Of a DNA stretch of 37,116 bases, positions 10,116 to 19,441 are shown piece after piece. The stretch spans positions 1 to 37,116 of the forward strand of contig JAUCBJ010002612.1 of assembly GCA_032718475.1 (NCBI GenBank). The letters are read 5' to 3'. The notes under the pieces were generated by a model, which made no database searches, had not been told where the DNA came from, and worked only from the letters and a program-made list of their open reading frames with translations. How positions within the stretch are numbered: the stretch's first letter is position 1; each line of letters begins with the position of its first letter. Position numbers and translations under genes: made by a program. Source of the DNA: Nemertoderma westbladi (Eukaryota > Animalia > Xenacoelomorpha).

Positions 10116-13100
10116 ATGTCTGACACACAACAAAACCTATCGGATAGTCTACTTGATATAACCATCTGTGACAAGGATAGGAGTGTGGAACGATTAAGAA
10201 AAGAGTTCAGTTCACCTCCTACTAAAAGAAAGGTCACTCCTCCAGTAGTATCAGACCCTAGGCTAATCCACCATAGGTCTATCATAGGCACTCGAGCCCA
10301 GGTCAAACGGAATCAAGAGGCAGCTGGCCTATCGCAGCAACGTCTTGGTCAAGAACCTAGTTCCAAGCGACCCGATAGCTCCAGTAGTTCGGATACTGTA
10401 GAGCTGATTCCCGAACGCGGAGTGAAGATGGTGGATACAGCTTACTCGGATCCCCTTCTCACTCTTCCAGCCGCAGTACTAACTACGATCTTGATTGCGG
10501 TGGAGGAACACCAAAGCGATTTGGCGAGAAATAAGCGATCGACCCAGGATAGTTATGCGGGATACGCAAGGGAAGAATTGATGTCTATTGTCGAGTCACA
10601 ATGGAACTTTCCCGGACCCGGATTCCCGCTAGATTTGTCAGAAGCTACTTGGAACAGAAGCTACATATACCGGATGGGAGTGACTAAAGATACTAAGGAT
10701 CCCGCTGTTCGGAAGAGGTCGGCAGCAGGATATGTGCAGGGATTCTTCGGCTCCTTAGAGAGACTAGAAGAACAACTGTTTCGACAACCAAAAGGACCTC
10801 AAGAGCAGGAAGAGCTGCTTTATCAAGTACGCGAAAGAACTCTACGCATCAGACTGATCCTATCGGCCTTTGAGGAAACTTCCAAAAGAAGGCAGGACAC
10901 GTCGCTGCAAGTTGCTGTCAAGACTTGGTTCCAGCGGGTAGGTCTCAAAGTTCAAGAAACAGCCCAGTGGAAATCCCGGTTGGCTGAGCGACCAACCTAC
11001 GAAGAATCAACCGATGCCACCTTTTCTCAAGTGGAAAGTGAAGTGACAGCAGAGAGACCGCGACCGAGAGACGACATTGATATCTATCTGTCAGACTATC
11101 AGAGATTCCTAGGAGACGAGGAGTTGAGAAGACGGCTGGCTGGACTTTCCCCTAATAGTGAAGGAACCAAGCATGTGTTGGACGCAATTGATACTGAAAT
11201 GTTAGCTGCAAACCAAGCTAAATTTGATGAACAACTCCGCATCGCTAGAGCCCAGGAAGAACAAGTCAAGAAAAAACAGATAGAGGACCGAAAGGCAGAA
11301 GCAGCGGCAAAAGCGGCAGCGGCAGTGGAAGCGGCAAAAAGGGCAGCGGAGGCAGAAGCAGAAAGAAAGGAGGCAGAAGCAGAAAGAAAGGCGGCAGAAG
11401 CAGAAAGAAAGACTGCAGTGGCAGAGGCAGAAAGAAAGGCAGCCGAGGCGGAGGCAGAAGCAGAAAGAAAGGCAGCCGAGGCGGAGGCAGAAGCAGAAAG
11501 AAAGGCAGCGGAGGCAGAAGCAGAAAGAAAGGCGGCAAAAGCGGCAGCGGCAGTGGAAGCGGCAAAAAGGGCAGCGGAGGCAGAAGCAGAAAGAAAGGAG
11601 GCAGAAGCAGAAAGAAAGGCGGCAGAAGCAGAAAGAAAGACTGCAGTGGCAGAGGCAGAAAGAAAGGCAGCCGAGGCGGAGGCAGAAGCAGAAAGAAAGG
11701 CAGCCGAGGCGGAGGCAGAAGCAGAAAGAAAGGCAGCGGAGGCAGAAGCAGAAAGAAAGGCGGCAGAAGCAGAAAGAAAGGCGGCAGAGGCAGAAAGAAA
11801 GGCTGCAGTGGCAGAGGCAGAAAAAAAAGCGGCGGATGCATTGGCAGAAGCAGAAAGGAGAGTGTCTGACGAGATCGCCCAGCTAGCGTTGGAAAATATT
11901 CAAGAAAGTCAAGATAGTATAAATAAACGGTTAACCGATAGTCGCATGCAGATGATGAGTCGATCTACTTCCAAAAGACAAGGTTATACATCATCTGAAG
12001 AAGGAGACACCACCGACCCTGAAGGTGAAGGAAATAGATCTCGTCTAAGTAGGCGTAAAAGAATGTCTCCCCGTCAGAAATTGCCTGATTTACCTCCAGC
12101 TGTTAGAAGACAACTAGCTAGCACAGCCGTAAGTAGTACAGGACACACACACCGAATTGTTACTGTAAGTAGACTCCCTACTATAACAGATGAACCTGAA
12201 ATAATTAGGCCTGTTCTCGAAGCCACCACTTCGGTGCTAGAGACACCTGTATTCCAGGGAGCAACCTCTAAATTCCCTTTACACAGCACGAAACTATCAG
12301 TGCCTAGTAAAACAGCCCCTGAAATGGTTCCTGTCATGGACTCCGAGCGAATGGATTGGTCGCCCGTAGTCCCTCGCCCGCCCGCCACAACGTTGGCGGC
12401 TCCCGCTTCGGCGGTCGAGTGGGTGGAAGAGGGACGGAGGGGGATGAATGTCCTGCTCGGACAGATGCAGGAGACGGTCCACCAGTTCAAGGGAACTGTC
12501 AGGGAAAGTAGGTTAGAGTTGCAAGAAGTGCAGCAAAGTATCGCGCTAGAACGCGATAAATTAGTAAATGTAAAAAGGGGCATACCAACACCCCCTGTAA
12601 CAATGTGTCAACCTGTTAGGCCTGAAGTATTTCATGCGCAAGGTGTGGAGCCTACACGCATCTATACTGCTAGCGAAGTAGAAACTCCTATAGCAAACCC
12701 TATTAAGGGTGATTATAAACCTGTTGGTAATGATATTCCCTATAGACCTGATAATAATCCGAGAAATTTATATACCGATAATTCGATATTAAATAACACG
12801 ATGGCCCAAGAAAGCTTTACGCGTCAGATGGCTAGAACAGAAGCCCGCCAAGCGGTCAAAGTGGGAGAAATCGTCAAATTCAATGGAGACAAGATGAAAT
12901 GGTTACCTTTTAATGAATATTACAAAGATAACATACAGAACTCTGTGCTATCTAACGGAGAGAAACTTAGATACCTCATTGAGTGTTTGGAAGGATCTCC
13001 CAAGTTAATGGCGTTAAAGTTTATTGGACATCCAGATGGATTAAGACAAGTTTGGGATACCCTAAACATCAGGTATGGTAATAGGAATAACATAGCTAAA

Positions 13101-15053
13101 TATTTGTATGCAAAATTAGTAGCTCCCAGAAAGTTTATTAGCAGCGGGATAATAGAATTTTCCGATGAGATTCAAGAGATCTGTCGACAATTAGATTGGT
13201 TAGGTAAGTCTCATGAATATCAGAGTTCTATGGTTATTGGAGCCATAGTCTCTACTTTACCAAAGGGTGGAGTATGTACTCGCTGGGACAAGAAAGTGTT
13301 GTATATGATGGAGCAACAACGACGGAGCCCTACCATGACTGATCTCATGTCATTCCTAGACGGTGAGGTCAAACTACAACTCATAAAGCAGTCCAGAGAG
13401 AAAACATCGGAAAATCAGGTAAGTGAGAAACCCGTTTCTAGGAAAAGAATAATACCCGTGTGTTATACAGACGAGGGCGAAAGCCAGACCACCCATGAGG
13501 ACAGCGGGAAAGACACAGCAAGATCTTACTATGACCACAAAACCCCAAAAGACGTAAGTAAATACAAGTCTCGAACCAATGATAGGAGAGAACAGGTTGC
13601 CAAGACCCCTCCTCAGTCTCCCAACAGAATTCAGGTAAGAAAGCCCGAAGAACGAGCGAAAGTGCATAACATTACCCAAGGTAAAGTGAGTAACATCAAA
13701 CCAAAATGTGCGCTGTGCGACGGGCCCCACCGTTTGAGTGCGTGTGCAGAATTCCTAAAGAAATCCCTGGCAGATAGACGTGGAGTCCTGTGGGATAAGC
13801 GGTTGTGTTATAACTGTCTCAGACGCGGACACCAGCGGCGAACCTGCTACTCTGACGCAAGGTGTGCTAAGTGCGGCGCGAAACATCATACCTTTTTGCA
13901 CACGGAATTCGAACGAAACAGCCCGAGTCAGGTAAGTGAGCCCAAATCACATGTCCAATTCAGTGATGTGAACGACACTGACCAAAGTTCTGAGTGGGAA
14001 GGATTCTATACGGACGAATTCTCCGATGCCAACGAATCCTGTTATCTAATAAATACCGCAGTGTATCGAGCACTTACGTACGAAAAAGACACCGACACGG
14101 AGTTCCCCCCAACCACCTTTGACAGACAACCATCTTGGAAAGCTCCAACCTCCCACGTAGGAATACGAGAATTTCCTGTGGTACAGGTAAGAGTTCACGG
14201 TCCTAATAAGAGTTACATAGTGAATGCCCTCCTTGACTCCGGCAGTACAGGAACATTCATCGACAAAGAACTAGCCGAGGACATCTTTGCTGGACAACCC
14301 AAATTCCGAACTAAGTTAAATATGTCCGGAATTATGCAAGTTTGGAAATCTACCATAACGGCAGATTACTATATAGGTGCGTTGTCCACCCCACAGGATA
14401 AATTAGGAGAACAAAGTATAAGGTCAGTAAAAATGGTAGCAATAAAAAACTTCGCTACTACCCAAGTAGAACCTTATAACTGGGACGAGGACGAGAGCAT
14501 CCAACATCTTGAGATACCTCGATTCCAAACCGATTATCCTGGAGTGCAAATCCTCATCGGCCAAAACGCGCATGAGGCGCTCGAGACATTGGAGAAACGG
14601 CCTGCTCAACCGCAGCCATTACAAACTTATGCGGTAAGAACTAGAGTAGGTTGGTACTTTACTGGCCCTTCCCGCAGAACTCTTGAAGAAAGATTGCCAC
14701 AAGACCGGCTACTTCAAGTAAAGGATTGGGAAGAGGGGAGCAGTGAAGTGGACAAACCCACTGAGGGAACACCATACTCCTCAGATAATGACGATATTAA
14801 CTCCAATGTAGATCAATGGAGACATCGCCCCGAGATGATTAATCTAGCCGACATCGCTTCCAGAGGAGCAACTCCTCAAGAACGGATAGATACTCCCGGA
14901 TGGTTAGGTGGACCCGACTCCCTAAGTAAAGAAGAAGATGAATGGCCTCCTCATCTTACCACGGCGAAGATTAGACAGGCCAAGGGAGCGGAGGAAGTAA
15001 CACGACAGCCTAATCGCCCAGCTGGTCGCTTAGGTTTACTGGAAAGAGACTGA
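10116..15053 (+). CDS. BEL/Pao Gag-protease polyprotein (1645 aa) lacking RT and integrase
   Basis: Capsid-like DUF1759-type region (KFNGDKMKWLPF...LSNGEKLRYLIECLEG...RYGN, from ~12870). Three knuckles CALCDGPHRLSAC / CYNCLRRGHQRRTC / CAKCGAKHHTFLH (~13707-13902). Aspartic protease ALLDSGSTGTFI...ILIG...RTRVGWYFTGP. RNase H tail remnant QWRH...NLADIASRG...WLGGP...WP. No YVDD-type RT motif or DDE integrase seen. Confidence 0.92.
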   Translation: MSDTQQNLSDSLLDITICDKDRSVERLRKEFSSPPTKRKVTPPVVSDPRLIHHRSIIGTRAQVKRNQEAAGLSQQRLGQEPSSKRPDSSSSSDTVELIPERGVKMVDTAYSDPLLTLPAAVLTTILIAVEEHQSDLARNKRSTQDSYAGYAREELMSIVESQWNFPGPGFPLDLSEATWNRSYIYRMGVTKDTKDPAVRKRSAAGYVQGFFGSLERLEEQLFRQPKGPQEQEELLYQVRERTLRIRLILSAFEETSKRRQDTSLQVAVKTWFQRVGLKVQETAQWKSRLAERPTYEESTDATFSQVESEVTAERPRPRDDIDIYLSDYQRFLGDEELRRRLAGLSPNSEGTKHVLDAIDTEMLAANQAKFDEQLRIARAQEEQVKKKQIEDRKAEAAAKAAAAVEAAKRAAEAEAERKEAEAERKAAEAERKTAVAEAERKAAEAEAEAERKAAEAEAEAERKAAEAEAERKAAKAAAAVEAAKRAAEAEAERKEAEAERKAAEAERKTAVAEAERKAAEAEAEAERKAAEAEAEAERKAAEAEAERKAAEAERKAAEAERKAAVAEAEKKAADALAEAERRVSDEIAQLALENIQESQDSINKRLTDSRMQMMSRSTSKRQGYTSSEEGDTTDPEGEGNRSRLSRRKRMSPRQKLPDLPPAVRRQLASTAVSSTGHTHRIVTVSRLPTITDEPEIIRPVLEATTSVLETPVFQGATSKFPLHSTKLSVPSKTAPEMVPVMDSERMDWSPVVPRPPATTLAAPASAVEWVEEGRRGMNVLLGQMQETVHQFKGTVRESRLELQEVQQSIALERDKLVNVKRGIPTPPVTMCQPVRPEVFHAQGVEPTRIYTASEVETPIANPIKGDYKPVGNDIPYRPDNNPRNLYTDNSILNNTMAQESFTRQMARTEARQAVKVGEIVKFNGDKMKWLPFNEYYKDNIQNSVLSNGEKLRYLIECLEGSPKLMALKFIGHPDGLRQVWDTLNIRYGNRNNIAKYLYAKLVAPRKFISSGIIEFSDEIQEICRQLDWLGKSHEYQSSMVIGAIVSTLPKGGVCTRWDKKVLYMMEQQRRSPTMTDLMSFLDGEVKLQLIKQSREKTSENQVSEKPVSRKRIIPVCYTDEGESQTTHEDSGKDTARSYYDHKTPKDVSKYKSRTNDRREQVAKTPPQSPNRIQVRKPEERAKVHNITQGKVSNIKPKCALCDGPHRLSACAEFLKKSLADRRGVLWDKRLCYNCLRRGHQRRTCYSDARCAKCGAKHHTFLHTEFERNSPSQVSEPKSHVQFSDVNDTDQSSEWEGFYTDEFSDANESCYLINTAVYRALTYEKDTDTEFPPTTFDRQPSWKAPTSHVGIREFPVVQVRVHGPNKSYIVNALLDSGSTGTFIDKELAEDIFAGQPKFRTKLNMSGIMQVWKSTITADYYIGALSTPQDKLGEQSIRSVKMVAIKNFATTQVEPYNWDEDESIQHLEIPRFQTDYPGVQILIGQNAHEALETLEKRPAQPQPLQTYAVRTRVGWYFTGPSRRTLEERLPQDRLLQVKDWEEGSSEVDKPTEGTPYSSDNDDINSNVDQWRHRPEMINLADIASRGATPQERIDTPGWLGGPDSLSKEEDEWPPHLTTAKIRQAKGAEEVTRQPNRPAGRLGLLERD
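11290..11860 (+). repeat. Coding repeat (AEAERK)n with a 228-bp internal duplication
   Basis: GCAGAAGCAGAAAGAAAG units; the block starting at 11304 recurs at 11532 (76 codons later). Confidence 0.92.
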
Positions 15054-15679
15054 AAACTGTCCGGAAACCATGGAAGGCAAGATACTCTTCCTACGACCAC
15101 TTCCCTAATTCGACAAAGATCTAGGGACTCCATAACGTAATTATATATGGAGTGGGTGTGTGACTATATTATTTTATATTTTTTTTATTATTTTATATTT
15201 ATGTATGGATTATTGTGTATTTTATTATAGTCGTTTTGTTTAATTTTATTTAGTGGAATGTTATTTAGATTATTTAGTAGATTAGTGCAATATATTAGTG
15301 TTTATTACGTAATTACATAATATATCTAGTGCGACGGCGAGAAATATTTCTTTCTCTTTCCTTACTGTCCGTATTATATTATAAATGCGAGACTATAGTA
15401 AGATGACATGTCCGTACTTATTAAAAGTACAATAAAGCTCCTACTATATTTAAGTATTATTGGTAAGCAAAGTATTAGGAATGTAAAGTTCAGATCCTCG
15501 TGTCTCGGCTAAACCAAGCTCTGGGTAGACCTTGGAAACGACTTGCCTCTTCACACTGACATTGCTTCGTGCGATATTGCTCTTCTACCTTATATTAAAT
15601 AATACATATAGTAGCGTGATGTCCCTCTAACAGTAGCGTAAAACGCAAATAAATCTGTTAAACTTTTTGACCATCTGTA

Positions 15680-15941
15680 ATTCTAGTCGATTAAGATATC
15701 GCGGCACCCACCGATATACTTGAAAGACAAATTCTAGAATCAGTGGTTAATGTCCCCAGACAAGTTCTGGAATAAATCGGTGCCCATCTTAAATATTAAT
15801 TTAATATTTATTAAAATCTGTAAAATTCAGATCCTTTAAAATTTCTAGTCAATTAAGATATCGCAGCACTTACCGATACTCTTAAAAGACAATTTTATAG
15901 AATTAAGGATCCTAGGTCCCCAGACATGCTCTGGAATAAAA
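15680..15941 (+). repeat. Diverged ~100-bp direct repeat in the 3' internal region (15680-15777 and 15842-15941)
   Basis: TTCTAGTCrATTAAGATATCGCrGCAC...AAAGACAA...GTCCCCAGACA..TCTGGAATAAA occurs twice. Confidence 0.85.
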
Positions 15942-16568
15942 TTATGTCACTTTACCATCAAATAATAAAATTCACGGGAATAAATTTAAATTCATATCTT
16001 TAAATGAATTTAATAAATTGTCATTTTATGCAATTTATAACATTCCCAAAATTCCATTAATTAATAGATCACGGGAGCGGAGATTCATCCTATTGAGTGT
16101 GTTAGAGTGTGAGAATCTCCAACCTATAGTCAATAGCCGATAAAATTAATAAAATCATGCATAAAGAGGATATTGACAATCAAAGAATTACTATTAAATA
16201 GCATCCCAGATCTGTATGCATGAGAATTACCCTAATTCTACCGCTAGCTTTCCATAATGTCACCATGGCAACACCCACGCTAGAATTAGAAACGAGTTAA
16301 AGGAGCAATAGAAAGCTTGTCCCATTGCCTAGTAAAGAGAATATAGCACACTGTTAGTATCCAAGGATACGCAATAACAACGTGACATTCTGGAAGGCAC
16401 TGACTAACGGACAAATGGCCTGTATGTGTACAATTGGAGACAGTTGTGTGGAATTTGTGCGTTTATAGGTGAATGTTACTACTAAAGTGTGTTTACAGTA
16501 GCGAGTCGCAATTGTGAAAGTAACCTTAACTCTGCCGTAAAACCTTAAGTGATTTCAAGACTTTGGGA

Positions 16569-16712
16569 CGGACAGTGGAGTGACTTGTGCCGGTTATCGT
16601 TGTCGTGCTGTTGCTACTACGTTGGCGTAAACACCGCGACAACGGTGCATCGGCGCTGAGGATCCCACTGTCCGGGGGTAGAGAGGGGTAGGCAGCGACA
16701 CCCGCTCGCCTA
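16569..16712 (+). other. Long GC-rich hairpin (16569-16674) plus small hairpin (16689-16712)
   Basis: Nested arms CGGACAGTGG/CCACTGTCCG, GTGCCGGT/ATCGGCGC and TATCGTTGTCGTG/CGCGACAACGGTG (with G-U pairs), then TAGGCAGCG/CGCTCGCCTA. Confidence 0.75.
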
Positions 16713-16754
16713 AAGCTAAACTCATTATAGTATTAATAAACTCATATAACAGAT

Positions 16755-18107
16755 ATGACGGAGTTGATAGAAGATGATCTTGGTATTAGAGAGAGATATA
16801 CTCTACCTTTACAAGCGTTTGTGGATAGCTTGATACGCGGTGAAGCTGATCCAACTACTACGGAGGACGATGGTAGTTATATCGAACCGCCTATGTCCCA
16901 GGAGCAACTTACGCGTGAATTGGACTATAGCAAATTCACCGCTCGCTATACGCATCGTAATGGTACGTATATGGAGTTCTTAACTACCGGCCATTCTATC
17001 AATTTACACGATATGGACAAAAAGGGAAATGGTATTATTTAAATATCCTACCCAGCGGAATCGTAACAATAAACTAAAATTCGAATGCGAAAATTCTATT
17101 CGAAATCGACTCGAAAGAAAGGACGTTCAAGAAGCTGATAAACGCGGTAACTCCAACGTATATTTAGAATTCTTGAAGAGAAGCATTATAACACCAAATA
17201 AATATCACTCACGTTTCCCCTATAAGACGTGTGTCTTGGTATTATTACGATGAATGCCCTAGACCCAACCAACAAACGGAAAGACATAAACATCCGCGGA
17301 GACGTTGCGCTAAACACAGTTTTACGCGTTATACGTACGGGAGTTTCGAGCGAAACCTGTTCGATGTATCACCCACGATCGCTCGCCTCATACGATCACT
17401 AAATAAACCCATGATCAGAGTTCCGGAATACTCGGTCAGACCTCCTCATTCCTTAGTTGGACCTCAGACTCTTGATCCTGATGGTATCGCGGGTCCTCAC
17501 GAACTGTACTTACCGTTCAGAGATCCAGTGTTACCCGAACCGTTAGTCGGTGGCACTCAGGTTGTGGGCTCTCTAAATATCCGCCCATCTCACCTGGCCG
17601 GATTGGGGCACGGGCACCCGATATCGCCATTCAACCGTATAATCGGAATCGTCCCCGTTTAACACGATACAACCCGTCATCAAGGCGGAGGAGAGCGTTG
17701 TACGAAAAGAGATAGACGCTATTCTACAAAGATCAGAAAAGAAATCTACGTTTGTTCAGATAAACCTAAATTATAACAGCAAGTCCAAGCGGTAAACGGA
17801 TTGGCTTTATCCCAGTTCGATTGGGAAATCCAGAACCTCTAAGACGATATTGAACTTGGACGACCCTATTCTCGGCGAGAGTTTTAGATGAACGTATCCA
17901 ACGATGAGCGGAGGAAAATCAGCTCGAGGAGAAACATATTGAAACGGCGGATACCCCGACTATAATCCTACACCTTCTGATGCAATCATATTGCACCCTT
18001 CACCCAGGAGTTATAGCCCTCTTTGTACAGTGGCTCGCCCCAAAGAGAAAAGGACTCTGGCTAGCTTTAAAAAACTGCGTAAACGCCGTCCACGCAAGAA
18101 AGACTAA
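16755..18107 (+). pseudogene. Decayed accessory ORF region of the retroelement, product unknown
   Basis: Overlapping same-strand ORFs 16755-17042, 17029-17253 and 17231-17662 in successive frames. A final open segment 17943-18107 ends ...KEKRTLASFKKLRKRRPRKKD* just before the 3' LTR. Confidence 0.5.
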
Positions 18108-18177
18108 CTGTTTAGAGTATTTTTGTATGTTAGAAACTGTGATCTCGTATATTTCATAGACTGAAATCCCATTTTCT

Positions 18178-18185
18178 GGGAGCGG
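18178..18185 (+). promoter_or_regulatory. Short polypurine tract (GGGAGCGG)
   Basis: Purine-rich 8-mer abutting the 3' LTR TGT and preceded by a T-rich run. Confidence 0.65.
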
Positions 18186-19441
18186 TGTAAAAGCTTCTGT
18201 GGGATAGAACTGGCACTTAGCTCCGCAATCCAGTTATCCCCCCGTGCGCTCAAATACTCTAAAACCTACTGTAAAAGCGTTTACGGATATAATCCGTTCC
18301 CTGGCCCGCAAAGTACCGTATAGGTGTTTTTAACGGACATAAAAATAATTCTTCTGGATGTATGCTTTAGCGGACATAGTAAGGTATAAAAACCCGCAAT
18401 ACGGCATTTTCTCTATCACCATGTCGAGGGAAGGATTCAGATTACTACATCTACCAGCTGACTGCTGACGTGTAAGGGGCCATTGGACACATGGTTTCTT
18501 TGTTCCGCTTAACAGCCAATCAGAGCGATTTACCCTTTACCTGTGAAGACATTCTACGGATTTGTGATGGGCGAGTCAGTGTTGGTTTATTCTAAGCCAG
18601 GAACACCGGCTATAGAATCAATTCGTTTTCTGATTTTATAAGAAACATTAGTAGGCTTAGATTATAGAGCGTATAACTGTTATCGCATCTTATCGCATCG
18701 TTCCAACTCGGTCGAGTCACGGTCTATATTGTATCATATCTTAACCTACCGTCTTACTGCTTTTACTGTTTGTCATTATTCGTATCAGTTGTTGGAATGT
18801 TATTATTTGGAGAATATCAACAAATAACCCAAATTTCCCAATCTTCTTGATACACTACAGGTTAGAGAGACAGGTTGCATAACGATTGCGACTTATATTA
18901 TTGTGGTTTGTAATGAATCTAATGCTATTTGATAGCCACTACATGAGTCAATTGCTATTATCTTTATACGTGATCAAAGTCAGTGACTGTCGGCAAACCT
19001 GTGAGCAGTATTGTGCGGTACCAGTAGTGTGTATGATTGTGAGTGGGACTGATAACTAAGCATTTCCTAAAGAATGCGTCTCATACGTGAATTCTAAGCC
19101 ATATCGTTGCGTTTAGTATAAGTCATAGCTCTGTTTACATAGATAGAGCGCCACGTCCTAAAGGAACTGCTAATATTTCCCGAAAGTGAATAATATTTGC
19201 CAGAGATTATATATTACTGATCAATCGAATAATACATGTAGGCTTCACTGCAATAAATCTAAGCATACGAATCCAGTCTCCCGGGTGTAACCATCGGGTG
19301 AATGAACGCGCACAGGCTGGCTTCGGCTAATGTTGTGTTTATTTTGTATTAAATCTTGTCATCTTATAAAGTCAATTTACCAACAAAAGACATATAAATT
19401 TTGGCAGGTTAAACTGCTAAAGGTCTACAAAAGCGCGTACA
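18186..19441 (+). repeat. 3' LTR
   Basis: Matches 6761-8016; candidate AATAAA at 19252-19257; followed by TSD GATTT. Confidence 0.97.

Larger units (their letters stand above)
6761..19441 (+). mobile_element. Full-length non-autonomous BEL/Pao LTR retrotransposon (12,681 bp)
   Basis: Two 1256-bp direct repeats, each TGTAAAAGC...GCGCGTACA. GATTT flanks both ends (6756-6760, 19442-19446). Internal ORF has BEL/Pao Gag and protease motifs. Confidence 0.95.

Noticed and set aside
11266-11841. 191-aa Pro/Leu/Phe ORF on the minus strand (and other short antisense ORFs within gag)
   Set aside because: Antisense shadow of the AEAERK coding repeat.
16656-16662. Hammerhead ribozyme core (CTGAGGA) in the long hairpin
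   Set aside because: No correctly placed GAAA and stem III could be found.
16755-17662. env gene
   Set aside because: No signal peptide, transmembrane helix or Cys-rich ectodomain visible.
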